The notes beneath the pieces are model-generated. The model saw nothing but the letters and a program-made list of their open reading frames with translations, searched no databases and had not been told where the DNA came from. A program made the translations under genes and the position numbers. A stretch of 64,000 nucleotides of DNA from Podarcis vaucheri. Lineage: Eukaryota. Location: NCBI GenBank assembly GCA_965113315.1, contig OZ220365.1. One strand, written 5' to 3'. Positions 37,461 through 51,000 of the stretch are shown here, one piece after another; the first letter of the stretch is position 1, and every line of letters begins with the position of its first letter.

Positions 37461-39301
37461 GGAAAAGTTTAAAGATTGCAGAAGAGGGAAGACAAAAGAA
37501 TCAAGGAAGAAGGGGTGAAGAAAAGTTGGTGACTTAGAGAGAGGTAGCAGATTCACTCTAGAATAGCACTGTAAGGGCCTGTGCTAGTGCCTCTGTGTTA
37601 TCTTTCTAAAATAAAAACACTCTTAATTTGACATTCTGGATAGAATTACAAATTATGGAAGACATTGTGATGTTACCAAAAAAATGGCATTTCTCTATTG
37701 GGTTCACTCCCGTAGCGTGTTGTATCACATCCTGTACCCTGTAATGCCATAATGTTCTGGGTTTGCTTAATGGAAGAAAGTTAAGTGATGCGGAGCTGGG
37801 GTGGAGCCACACAAATCTTTGCCAGCCTCTTGGAAATGTGTAGTTCTACCCTGAGAGGAGGATATAAATAAGCAATAAAAATAATGATCCAAAAATGCAT
37901 GGTATCATTAAAAAGCAAGGTAAGTTACATAAAACCACAGCTCATGGTTTATCAATGAATTTTAATCCATAATAGAAAATATTACTGACAAGCAGATAGT
38001 GTTGAAAAATAAATATCAAAGAATGTAGAAAAAAGCTTTTTTTACTTGAAGTCAGGTATACAGAAGATAGACAAACATGTTTTAGACTCTAAACTGCCAA
38101 ATGCTTTACTTAATTATAAAACTGCTACATCCAGAGACCCCTGAATTACAGATAGTAATAGCTATATAGTTGTTTGCAATTGTAGGAGTTTGCGCTCTTG
38201 TACTCCATTGTTAAAACCTGCATGAAATGAACTTTGAAGTTACAAAACTAGTAAGCAACATCAAACAATGCACACTACTCCTAAGTTAGGGACATTTAGA
38301 AGTTGGTGTAGTCATTATGAAACATTGCAGCAGCCTATGTACAATAGCTTGTCATTTAGATCCCCCTGATTTCGAATATAGTAATAATAGTAAGATTTGC
38401 ACCCATAAAAAATAAATAATTTGTAGTTTGCCGATTTGAAATTGACATCATTATTCGCTCCTTGCAGTATTTCAATTTGTGAGAATTAATTGCTATTTAT
38501 ATGCCAATGTAGTAAAGACATTGTGAGACTTCTATATTGTCCTAATAAGCACTGTTGGATTTTATAGTGTTATTTGCAAACTGCAATATAAAATCATCTC
38601 AAGAACTCAAATACAGAAAAAGGTCACGGCTTGTCTCAGAGATACCTGTGCAAATGCATGTTATGTGAAGTACTTTGATCAATATGTATCCATGTTCAAA
38701 ATAACCATGGCTTCTAAATATGGTTTGATTTCCCCATTCCTTTCACATAGGGCAAAATGCTACATTATACATGAAATCGAGTTCTAGATCATCTCATTTT
38801 CCTCTTACAGACAGTAGGAGGCACTGTACGTTTGTACATACATGTGAAAAACTATTAGACAGGCACACACTGCTGTAGATGACAATCCCAACTACTGGGT
38901 TATAACAAATTAACCCACAGCAAGTGTGTGGTGCAGGCCCTGGAGAAGACACCACAAGTGCTGTTCTGAGGGAATAATGTTTCCGATAAAGCTGAATAAG
39001 GTGCAAAAATATATGGAGATAGAAACTTTTATAGGTGCTGAGCTAGTCCTGGGTGCCCTTCATTATCTCCCCTACCATGTCTGTTCCCAACATGGAAATG
39101 AAATGGCATCTGTTTAATATAGAAAGAGGACTTTTCGATTTTAAACTTGCTTTGTTCATATGTACAGTTCTGAGAGGATGAAGGAAGAAAATGGACTGAA
39201 TGAGGATACTAAGTAGCTGCATAGTTCTCAACTCTGAACCTTTCCTGCCTTGGACACTAGGTGACAATGAACTCATGTGATGACTTGACATCCATCTAAA
39301 T

Positions 39302-39628
39302 CAGTGGTCAGCAAACTTTTCCAGCAGGGGGCCAATCCACTGCCCCTTAGAACTTGTGGGGGGCCGGACTATATTTTTTTTTTGGGGGGGGGAATTAACG
39401 AATTCCTATGCCCCACAAATAACCCAGAGATGCATTTTAAATAAAAACACACATTCTACTCATGTAAAAACACCAGGCAGGCCCCACAAATGACCCAGAG
39501 ATGCATTTTAAGTAAAAGCACACATTCTACTCATGTAAAAACATGCTGATTCCCGGACCGTCTGTGGGGTGGATTTAGAAGGCGACTGGGCCAGATCCAG
39601 CCCCTGGGCCTTAGTTTGCCTACCCATG
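39302..39628. mobile_element. hAT MITE (Charlie-type) with an internal ~70-bp tandem duplication
   Basis: Perfect 8-bp TSD ATCTAAAT (39294-39301, 39629-39636); ends CAGTGGTCAGCAAACT / AGTTTGCCTACCCATG; second copy at 44388. Confidence 0.87.
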
Positions 39629-41730
39629 ATCTAAATCACCTTTCAGGTGAGACCAACAATTTGGTTCCCATAAGATTTTTTGAAACAAGCAAGACAATTC
39701 CTATGAAAAAGAAGCAAACCATTACTGTAGAATCAGTAAGAATGGGGACAGTATTTGGTATGAAAGCTGGACACAGAGCTCACTTATCAGCAGTTAAAAG
39801 AGAAGCATTGCAACATGGTAACCTGTAACATTAAATCCATGAGAAATTCTTGAAAAACTGTCCTGCTGTCATGTTACAGATGTATATGTTATGAAATGCT
39901 CTAACAATAATAAATCTCTCATTTTGAAGCTTTAAAATATTGTGTAGCTGATCAGAAAGGCAGCAGTTCCAAATACATTTACTTACAAGCTATTCTACAA
40001 AGCTGCAGTAGAATTCGCTTTCAATATTACGTAGAGCTTTGTCAAAGGCTCTTATATTAGACTAAAGGTTTGCTAAAAATGCTTCTTTTCAAAAGTTGAA
40101 ATATGCACCAATACATTAAGTTCCAAACCAAGAAGTGAGTTAACTGACAGTTCAATTATGTTTCACCAGTGTGTGATGTATACAATTTTATGTAATCTGA
40201 TAAAATTTGCAAAGTTAGAAAGAGGACTGTTTGCTAGTATTTTAATAATAAATACAGTTAAAAATCAAAGAAGTAAATTCCTATGCTTTTGTTTATTTTT
40301 TTGGTAGTTTTTAGAATGCATAGTATTATTAATTTTGTTCTCTTTACTCTGACAATCTAAGGCAGCAAGCCTAATCCCATTTACCTGGGAATAAGCCCCA
40401 TTGAATTCAATAAGGTTTACAACTGAGTAAATATAGTTTTCCTCATGAAAGTTTCCAATATTTAACACACACCTAAGCATAAACATGTTTGCTAAGTTAT
40501 ACCCATTTTATATTTCATGACATATTTCCAGTTTTGATTCAATATAATAGATGGTGGGTAATAGTAAAGTGGCTATGACTGCAACCCCATGCACAGTAAA
40601 CTTTTTATTTATTTATAGTTTTATTCTGTGTGACTTAAACATATATTTATAAACATATGAACAAATGAAGCTGCCTTATATGAAATGAGCCTACATTAAG
40701 ATACTTTTGAGCCAAGTGAATACTCTTCGCACCCCAGACTTTTTTGGTGCCAGGTGAATGCTTCCCTGCCCTGGACTATTTTGAATGTTTTTCTTTTTAT
40801 GGGGGTGGGGCACTTTGGAACAGATAATGTATACTGGGTTTTAAATGCTGCTTGTTCTGCTTTTTAAGCAAGTGACAGAATGATTTTTAGGGTGCAATCC
40901 TAAAGTGGAGAAGAGATTACAAAGGCAGTTTAAAATGTCATCCAGTGTCCTGTTGGCATCAGGACAGAATTGAAGACAGAGGAAGGTTCTTTATTCCTAA
41001 TCAGTTACTAGCCTCAGGATTTAATTAAAAAAAATTATCCAATTGGGAAGAGTGCAAGTTTTAGATACACCCAAGAACATGTCTAAATCACGTCAGCAGG
41101 GCAAATATTCTAAAAAAAAACACACCTGAACAGGTTAGGATGGAATTTCTGCCTTCCCATTTTGTTGGGCTTTTGACCCCTATCAGTTCTAGCCAGGATG
41201 ACCAATGGCTAGGGATGACAGGAGTTTTAGTCCAACAACATATGGAAAGCCACAAGTCCCCCATCTCTGTCATAGGTCTCTGTCTTCCAGCCCAACTAGT
41301 AGCAGCTTTTCTAAGATTCCCCCTTCAGCTTCCTGTGCTACATCTTATACTGTACCAGAGGGTTCTCCAACTCCCCGGAACAAATTTGGAGGATGCAAGG
41401 GTCAATGGTGGGAACAGGGGACTGGTGAAACTTTTCCTCTGCTCTGATCCACTTTGTTCAATGAATGGATCTCTGTTTCCAACACATAACTTTAAAAAAT
41501 TCAGAACTAAATGTCGTTTTAATTTCCAACAATGAAAAATCTGTGTGCTGCCATAACTTAAAACCAATGAACATCCATATGATAGTCATCAATCAAAATA
41601 CAAAGAAATTACAACCTGAAAACAGCTCAGTATTGGATATCTTCAGAATATAGTTAGTAGTTTTGAATAAAAAGTTTAGCACAATCAAGTTTTAAAATAT
41701 TTGAAACACGCTGAAAAAATATATATAACA

Positions 41731-41736
41731 TTTATT
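41731..41736 (-). terminator. Candidate proximal ABCB10 polyadenylation signal AATAAA
   Basis: TTTATT on the plus strand, ~85 nt past the stop; further signals exist downstream. Confidence 0.4.
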
Positions 41737-41821
41737 GTACATAAACTGAAACATAATTTAAAATTCTTGGAAATGTGATACATTTCGATACTCTTTCATA
41801 ATTTTAAAAAATATTTTTCTT

Positions 41822-42083
41822 TCAGGATTTCACATTTAATGCAAAACTTTCAGGAGTCTGGATAAAAGACTGTTTCTTCATTAGTTTGCTGAAAAGTCCA
41901 TCTGGGTTTGCAAGCAGTGTTTCGTGCTTTCCACACTCAATAATTCTACCTTGGTCAAGAACTGCAACAGAATTAGCATTCTGAATGGTGGACAGACGAT
42001 GAGCAATAATGAGGACAGTTCTCCCTTCCATGAGCCGATCTAGTGCTTCTTGGACAAGATATTCATTTTCAGCATCCAAAGCA
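41822..42083 (-). CDS. ABCB10: ABCB10 exon 13 (coding part)
   Basis: [36 protein letters not shown]...NVKS* (TGA). Confidence 0.94.
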
Positions 42084-45000
42084 CTAATTCAGGAATAGAT
42101 TGAAGGGAAAAGATGTGATAAATTCCCCTACTACACTCTGAGAGCTATTATTTTAGGGCAGACTAGTTGTCTAACCAGCTTGCTTTCATTTCATTTAAAA
42201 ATCTGCCACAAATACGCTTAAAATATTGTTATTTCACAAAGTCCACATTCTGTGGACGAAATAATACCCCATTATTTATTGGAAAAGATAATCTTAACCC
42301 ATTTTGTCTTCAGCAATACGCAGCACCTTTTGACAGATCAGTTCCCACTGAAATTTAATTAAACATGTTCATTTTTAATCAAATTTATTTTTAATCAAGT
42401 TTCAAAAGGCAAGGAGCACATCCGAATGGGAGCTTCCCAGTAGGAGAGAAGGAAGTGTCCCAGAAAGAAAGACAGCTCCTGTCATTGTATAAATGAGCAC
42501 AGCTTATCCTGCGCTGATTTTTGTGATCTCTTGGCCAGGACTTGCTGAAGTATTCCACAGATGTGGTCAGAAACTGTTGGGAACATCAAGTCACAGTTCC
42601 TTCCAAACTGCTTTGAAGAAAAATACATGGCCTGCTCTGGCATAAGGTGAGTAGTATAGAAGTATTAAAAGGTCAGTAGTAGAGAAGAAATGATCACTTC
42701 TGGGGAGGAATGTTTTACTTACCTTGTTGCTTCATCAAGAAGAAGAATTTTTGGATTCTACAGAACAAAATGAACTTGGTTTTACTTTGACAGTTTTTTT
42801 TAGTTGAAGGTTGCGTTAATGTACATACATTGGAAAAATAACTGGAACATTAGGGAGAATACTTAAGATCTCTCTTTCTCTATACAAGTGGAAAGCAACT
42901 ATGAGGTCACCTTTATTAACAATGAACTTTTCACTGGTTTCTGGTGGAATTGCTACATAAGCATAGATATGAAGCAGCTAAGTTTGCTGCTCCAATTACA
43001 TGAAGAATATATGGAAGAAGCAAACGCATTCAGAAGAGCAGCATGCCAATGTCATTCTATGCAAAAATTTGAAATTCCTTGGAGAGCTGACATAAACAAT
43101 ACATATTTACGTATAAGGATGAACTGGAGTAAACATGGTAGCTTTTAATATGCACCATTAGATTATTAAGATTCCTCTAAAGCACAATTGCAAAAATGGC
43201 AATGTATTAGTACTCAGTACTAAAACAACAAAAATGTTTTATCACATACTAGAAAAAAAAGATTCTGCTATAAAAGTCCTTTCCTCAAACTTTTTTTTAT
43301 TTTTATGTAGGGACTGGAGTTTGTATCTAACTAAATTAAGAGCTATTGCCAACAAACAGAAAGGCATTTTACATTATTCTAAAGTAACCTGCAAGCTAAC
43401 CCTCTTAAAGTGACAGATAGGTAGCCGTGTTGGTCTGCCATAGTCAAAATAAAAAAATTCCTTCCAGTAGCACCTTAAAGACCAACTAAGTTAGTTCTTG
43501 GTATGAGCTTTCGTGTGCATGCACACTTCTTCAGATACACTGAAACAGAAGTTGCCAGATCCTTCTATATAGAGAAAAGGTGGGGAGGGGTATTACTCAG
43601 AAGGGCGGTGGGAATGGGAGATTGGCAGATAGCTGAGTGAGCCTGTTGACGACTCTTAACGACTGCAATAGGTCTTACAGGAAAAGGCAATGGGTGAGAA
43701 GGTGAGAAATGGCTTAATTTCTGGCTTAATTTCTCACCTTCTCACCCCTTGCCTTTTCCTGTAAGACCTATTGCAGTCGTTAAGAGTCGTCAACAGGCTC
43801 ATCTCAGCTATCTGCCAATCTCCCATTCCCACTGCCCTTCTGAGTAATACCCCTCCCCACCTTCCCTCTTAAAGTGCTAAGCAAAGGTACTACACCTTTG
43901 ACACCTTAATCAAAATTACTACCTTCCCAGAGCAAAAATGTTGCTCCTGGAAGAGCAATCTATTCCAGACAAACCTGTAGAGCAGCGCCGGACAATTTGA
44001 CTCTATAGTAAGCATCATATAATTCCACAACTGTAACACATTTCCTATTCCTACTACCTCAGTTAAGAAAAGTCTATTTGACACATATGTTTTCGCTTGT
44101 TCTTCTTTCAAGATATGGATATGAGAAAAGCCAATTGGTTTCTGTCTTACCTTGAGAAGAGCTCGAGCAATTGCAATCCGTTGCTTCTGCCCACCTGTTA
44201 AAAAAATGTAACATTAAAATATATTTCTTTTTCTGTTTTTTTCTCTTTATGAAAATTCTTAGTTAAACGCAGGAGGATTAATTGCTCTCCACTAATTCTG
44301 CAAGAAGAACTACATTTTAAAGCTTTCCAGCGGAGTAGCTGTATGAGTGAGTTGCAGCAAAAACAACAGTCTTGTGACACCTTAGAGCAGGGGTCAGCAA
44401 ACTTTTTTAGCACTGTCCCTCAGACCTTGTGGGGGGGGTCAGACTATATTTTGAAGGGGGGGAATGAACGAATTCCTATGCCCCACAAATAACCCAGAGA
44501 TGCATTTTAAATAAAAGCACACATTCTACTCATGTAAAAACATGCTGATTCCCGGGACCATCCTTGGGCCGGATTTAGAAGGCGATTGGGCCAGATCCGG
44601 CTCTCGGGCCTTAGGTTGCCTACTCATGCTTTAGAGCACTGGAGGCCAAACTTGGCCCTCCAGCTGTTTTGGGACTACAATTCCCATCATCCCTGACCAC
44701 CGGTCCTGTTAGCTAGGGATGATGGGAGTTGTAGTTCCAAAACAGCTGGAGGGCCAAGTTTGGCCATCATTGCCTGGCTTAGAGATTGACAAATTTATAA
44801 AAGCCTAGGTTTTGGGGACTAGGGTTCACTTCATCATTTAATGTAAGTGAATCGTAGAATCACAGAGTTGGACGGGACCCTGAGGATCATCCAGTCCAAC
44901 CCCCTGCCAAGCAGAAACATGCAGCTGTCCTTTAAGGGGACTGAACCTGCAACCTTGGCATTATCAGCACTATGCTCTAACCAGCTAAGCTAGCCTGCTA

Positions 45001-48000
45001 TAATAATAATTTATTTCTTTGTTTATAATATAGTGCTATTCTACGTTGCAGGTTGGATAAAGGGAGATTTGTAAACAGTCAGGTCAGAGAGAAATAGAAT
45101 GTGTAAAGTACAGACAGTGGCCTGGTTTGTCACGCTAAGCCAAATTATCAGTCAGTGCAAATGTGTAAGCGTGTGGACCCATGGAGAGGAGATCATGGCC
45201 TCTTTGCTCCTCCCTGGGATATTAACAAAATGAAAATTATATTTTAAAAGCACATATATTACACAATGCATTTTGAAAAGTTCAAAGTCATACCTGAAAG
45301 AAGAACACCTTTCTCCCCCACTAACGTGTGGAATCCATTTGGAAAGTTTTGGATAAAACTAGCAGCATTTGCTATCTCAGCAACTCTCTCAATTTCTTCA
45401 GTAGTTACTGTAGAAGGGTCCTCTGCACCATAGGCAATGTTTTCAGCAATAGAGCATGAGAAAAGAACTGGTTCCTAACGTGTAAAATATAACATTAGTA
45501 TATGAGGGTTTTTTTAATATCCGAAGTCTTAATATTTCCTACCAATTGCAGTGGTTAAACATTTTGTACAGCAGTGGATCTATTCCCTCTATAGGAATAT
45601 AGAAGGAAGTATTCCTATATTCCATAGTAATACAGAAGGAAGTGTTCTCAAACTTTTGTCCAAAGCTTCGAATGGAGCATTGCAATAAGAATCTTCCTTT
45701 CACAAGGAGTGCAAGAATTAAGATAAATATACAAAGAATCAGTGCTTCTCTTCTTACCTGACTTACTGTTCCGATTCTATTCCTGAACCAGAGTGGATTT
45801 AACTGACGAACATCAACACCATCGACAGTGATGCTTCCTTGAACAAGAGATGGTTGTTAGATAATATTCTAGGAACAGAGGGAGAAATAGGAGGCTCAGG
45901 AGAATGAGAAATAATAGCAGAGGGAATGCATAAGTGCCACAGAGGTTACTGTATGCATGGCCTTCTTGGCAATTGTATCCTGACTGGAACTGTCACCTAC
46001 TAAAATCACAATTATTTGCCTATGCTTTGGAAGACTTGGATAAGGTTGCTCTGGATCTTAATAACTTGTAATAGTCTGAAGACCCAGGAGGCCGCCACCT
46101 TGCTGAAGCAAAGCAAACTCTGCACATTGTGAACAGGAGACCAGCATTTTTGCATTCTATTCTGAATGCAAAACCACATCCAACACAATTGCTGACCTAG
46201 TACACCCTCATTCTTACCTGAGATTGGATCATAAAGCCTTAGCAGGAGAGAGACAACAGTCGATTTGCCAGAGCCACTTGGGCCGACCAATGCCATCACA
46301 GAGCCCGATGGGATGCTAAGGGTAAAGTCCTGAAAAACCAATGCTTCTGGACGAGCTGGATATGCAAACTGGATATTTCTGAACTCCAGAGCACCTTTGA
46401 AAGCATCCTGGTTTAATACCATTCCCTCTAAAAAAAATTAAAAATTAAAATTGCAGTAATATAAACACATTTATGACAGAAGAGGAACCCAAAATTTGTC
46501 CAAGTAAGATGCATCTATGTGCATTACATTCAGTCGTGCCATCAAAAAAATAAAAATAAGGGGCACAGGTTATCTACTGTGATTCTTCTTAGAGGTCTAC
46601 AGATTTGCTCATTTTAAAATGTTATCTATAAGGCAACCTGGACCAGTCTGATCAGAGGAATTGGGCATGAGCCTCAGCTGTGTTCTTTCTGGGAATTAAG
46701 TACCTTAGCATTTGCACATTCTGAAAATCCCCAGTGGCTTATTCTGCTTATGGCCTAGCTGGACTAGGTAGTTATTCCCACTTTCTCCCAAGGGAATAGC
46801 AGCACCAATAGCAGCACCAAAGACAGAGAATGGGTCACACAATAGGAACAGAAGAGCTGGGCTGATATGTTTGGTTCATTCTTCTCATATATTTGGAGGG
46901 ATGAGAGACAATATACACATAAGGCATGGGTGGGGAAAATGCCTTCAAATTTTGTATGTGGGTGGCTTCCCTTACTATAAACACAACATAGCTAAGGATT
47001 TTCTGTTTTTTTACCTTTTTGAAAAGGGTCTCACTGATCACAGTTGGCAAGACTTTTGCATGTTTTCCTATAGTATATCCTCTTCCCATCTGTGCCAGAT
47101 CCCTATGGAAACACATAGTGTTGTTTCTATGGGGATGTGGCACAGGCAGGAAGAGAAAACATGGCTAGAAAATTTAGGAGTTTTGCAGGCTGCAGTCAGA
47201 AGCCAGTAAGGCTTTTTTTTAAAGTGTGAAACACAGAAGACAAATCACAGAGTAAGGAAAACTCACACATATTAATACATTTGCAGGAATTGCTCTTGCC
47301 TCTCCCTGAAAGCAACTGAAAACCCACCCTTTTTTAGAGGTGGGGTTCAAATAGCTCTGAAAAAATGTGGAGGGGATTTCAGTCCCCCACTAAATGGAAC
47401 AAACACACCAAGGAGCATACAGAGTCAGGCTAGAGGTAATCAGCAACATCCCTGGGGAAGTCACAGAATTATAGAGTTGCAAGAGACCCGCGGGTCATCT
47501 ATATATATGCCTGAAAACCAGCCCTGATGGGAACTTCAGCTGTAAGATGGTGTTCCAGGTTAGAGAGCTCACACCACAGCTTAAACATTTATGAAACAGA
47601 GAACCTACCATTAAAAGGAAGTTGTGGCTTTCGATCCATAAGTTCCCACAGACGCCCTCCTGCACCTAATCCTTTCATAAGCTCAGAATAGAAAGAGCTT
47701 AAACCTAAACAAGAAAAAGTATTGTTATGTACAAACAGGAACATGTAGGACAGGTAGTTTGTCTTGAAATAGAGTGGCCTAACCTCCATGCCTAAATCCT
47801 TATTCTAACTGCTTCATGGCTGCTCAGCCTGAAAAACAAGTTTTGCATGTTTGACAGAATAAACTCTGCCAACCTGCTTCTAAACAGGAGATTTTAAATA
47901 GCTAGCATGTACAGTACACTTAAATAAAATTGAAATCTTAAGACTAGGGTGTTTTTGGCAGAGAGCAGTCATTCTGCGAGGGCACTACCTTTCCCTGTCT

Positions 48001-51000
48001 TTTGAATATGGTACACCAGCACTGGAAAACTATTTTTTCATTTTAAGTAAAGTATACTTTAAAGAATACTTTAAAGGACTTTTCAAAAGAATCACCCTGC
48101 TGGATCAGGCCGAGCGTCCATCTAGCAGGACGTGAGAGCAATTCTTGCTATTCCCCAACAGTTGGTGTTTCGTAACATACTCTGTCTGATCATGGAGGTT
48201 GCATATAGTTAACATGACTAGTAGTCCTTGACAGACACATTCTCCATGGATTTGTCTCAACTGGTGGCCATCACCATGTTTTGTGGCAGCAAAATTCCAT
48301 AAATTACTTGTGTGTTATGGAAATAAGTGCTTTCCTTTGTCTTTCTTGAATTTCCTGCCAATAAGTTCCATTGGATAACCCCAAGTTCTGGTATGGTGAG
48401 GGATAAACACTATTCTTTACCCACTTCCTTAACACCATGAATGATTTTATAAACATTTATCATGTCTCTACTTCTAAACTGAAACTTGCTTATAATATTT
48501 CTAACTCATTATTTTTAAGCATATATTTTATGATCCATACCTCCAATGCTTATGCCAACCCAGAAGGCGTACATTAAGAAAGAAGACAGTTCACCAATGG
48601 TCATGTGGGCACTGCCCATCAGTAATCCTCCTTTGTACAGAACAGAGAGCACAATCAAATTCCCAGATAGCCCAGTCTGAAAAAGAAAAAGTAACGTATC
48701 TTCCAAGATAATCCAAACCTTCATAGCGGCATCTTCTAAAATTCTCTCATGTTTGAGAACATTTATCTAAAATCTTAAAGTAATTTATTGTATGGGGGGG
48801 AAGCATCTACGGTACCCATATTGCCAAAATTAAAAAAGTGAAGACATAAATTCTTTCATCACATTCTTCTAAGAGAATCAATTGGACACACAACATTCAG
48901 TACAACATTCAGTACATGAAGTCTATTACATTTGGAGTGCATCTTTAGGAATGCAACTATTATCTTCAGTACTTGCAAACTTTTCAGAAGGTCTCCAAAG
49001 AAAGCCAAATAAATATTAACTTTGAACCAAAGGAGCCCCTGTGCTGGCAGAAGGCACTTCCATTCATGCAAAGGATTCCCTGCCCCCCCCCCCGTTGCAG
49101 TCCTAGGTCTATTCTTCTTGAGGTTGTTGGGACCTGTTGCAGGAAGAGTTTGGTGAGACCACAGATCAGTGGCAGAGCATCTACCTTGCACAGAAAAGGT
49201 CCAACATGTCTCCTGACAAGCCTCAGAAAAGCTCCTGCCTGAAATCCTGGAGAGCTGCTGCCAGTCAGTGCAGGAAGCACAGAGTTAGATGGACCAATTG
49301 TCTGGCTCATAAGGCAGCTTCTTATGATCCAATCCACTGCCTGCTCTACCCACCCTGGGTATCTTATCAGATATGAAAACATAACCCATGTAAATTTTCT
49401 TAGGAAATTTACTTAGGAAATACTGCATATCTGTAGTCCCTGTTTACATTACACGAACAAGGAAGCTCACGACAGGCAGAAAGGTAGTTTAAAGGGGAAA
49501 TGCTGCCATACTCATGCAGTATATATCCTGAATTTCCACTGAATGAGCTCTGATATCCACTCTCCCCCCACCAATGTTCCTATTAAAATCAGGATAGATT
49601 GGAAATTCTCTGGAGCAGTTAGTGGCCGAGGTCTCCAAAAAGTGCCTTGGTCACAGTTACTGCTAACAAGGAAAGCTTCTGTAAACAGAACAACAAAACA
49701 AAGAAAGTGATACATGGCCTGAGGTGCAACTCCCAGCTAAATGTGCAAATAATTTTCTGTAACGGTGTTGTGATATGCTATTTACAAATGGAAAATCCAA
49801 GAATGAAGGTGCCTATATCAAAGTAGCAGTATAAATATTCAAGAGAAACCCAGAGACATTACAGAAACATTGTGGATTCCTCACCTTCTTCATATACTTA
49901 CTGCTCCAAAGAATCCTGCTCGAGCTAACGCTTCCTTTTTGGCTAACTGTAACACATGGTCAACCTTGCTCCTGTATTTCTCCATTTCTTTCAATTCTTG
50001 CCCAAAAGCTCGAACTGTTCTCAAATTTCCAATCCGTTCTTCTGCTAACTGCAGTTAACATTTAAAATATATATATAAACCAGGAGGCTTGAATTTCAAG
50101 TGCCCCAAACCAAAATAATAGTAAATGTGATCCCTCTAATTCCGTGGTTCCCAACATGAGCTACATGCCCCACAGGGGGGCAATTTGATTTTTAATGGGG
50201 GGGGGGCAATTCAATAATGAGTTATTAACAGTGAATGGCCTTTTAGACTTTCTCCACATGAATAGAAGTTCACTTTTTGAATAGTAAGAATTCTATGTCA
50301 TGGGGGCGGGGGTGCATCAGGATTTTAGAGATGCTTAGGTGGGGCATGGCCAAAAAAAGGTTGGGAACCATTGCTCTAATTGCTTTTAAGTACTAGACTA
50401 AGGTACTAGACGTATGCTAGAAGTATTTCACATGTGATGCCATGGTTTAAAAGACATGCCTGAACTTTTGCCTCTTTGTGTTCCTGTGTAAAAGGGAGCT
50501 GGAACATGATCTAAGGCTAAGCCCCAGTACCACATGGGGCTGGGAGGAAAAGCACTGTAGCACAGGCCACAGAGGGCAGTTATACAATGGCCTAGTTCAT
50601 ATTAAGCTGTAGTTTAAAATAGGTTAACAAGAACAAGCAGTGAGCTGATGCCCCCTGCTCAATAGTGTCTGCTTTGCTCCTCCCTGCTTCTGTCTTTGCC
50701 ATCCCACAAAGGAAGCAAACCAGAGGCTGGTTTTGCATTATGTGTGAACCAGCACTGATAGTTTCTCTCCAAACAAGCCACAAGTATAGGTGTCAAATGA
50801 GCCAAGCAGGCACTACTGAGCAGTATCCACCAGCATGCTGCTTGTTCTTATTAAGCCATCCTTTATTTTCAACTATAGTTTAACATGGCATCTGAAACAG
50901 GCCAACAACACAAGCTCAGTGCAGATCCACCCACACAAAATGTTGATGCAGGCTTTCATTTTCTTAACCTTGTTGTTACGAGGCAATATACACAAACCCT

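Noticed and set aside
44805-44840. Second hammerhead ribozyme
   Set aside because: Both cores are mutated on the minus strand (AUGAUGA for CUGAUGA, CAAAA for CGAAA); presumed inactive.
44925-44993. tRNA gene
   Set aside because: Degenerate A/B boxes joined to a CR1-type tail and no intact cloverleaf; this is a SINE head.
45589-45650. Small hairpin and short tandem duplication in ABCB10 intron 9
   Set aside because: An 11-bp AT-rich stem is plausible by chance or local slippage.
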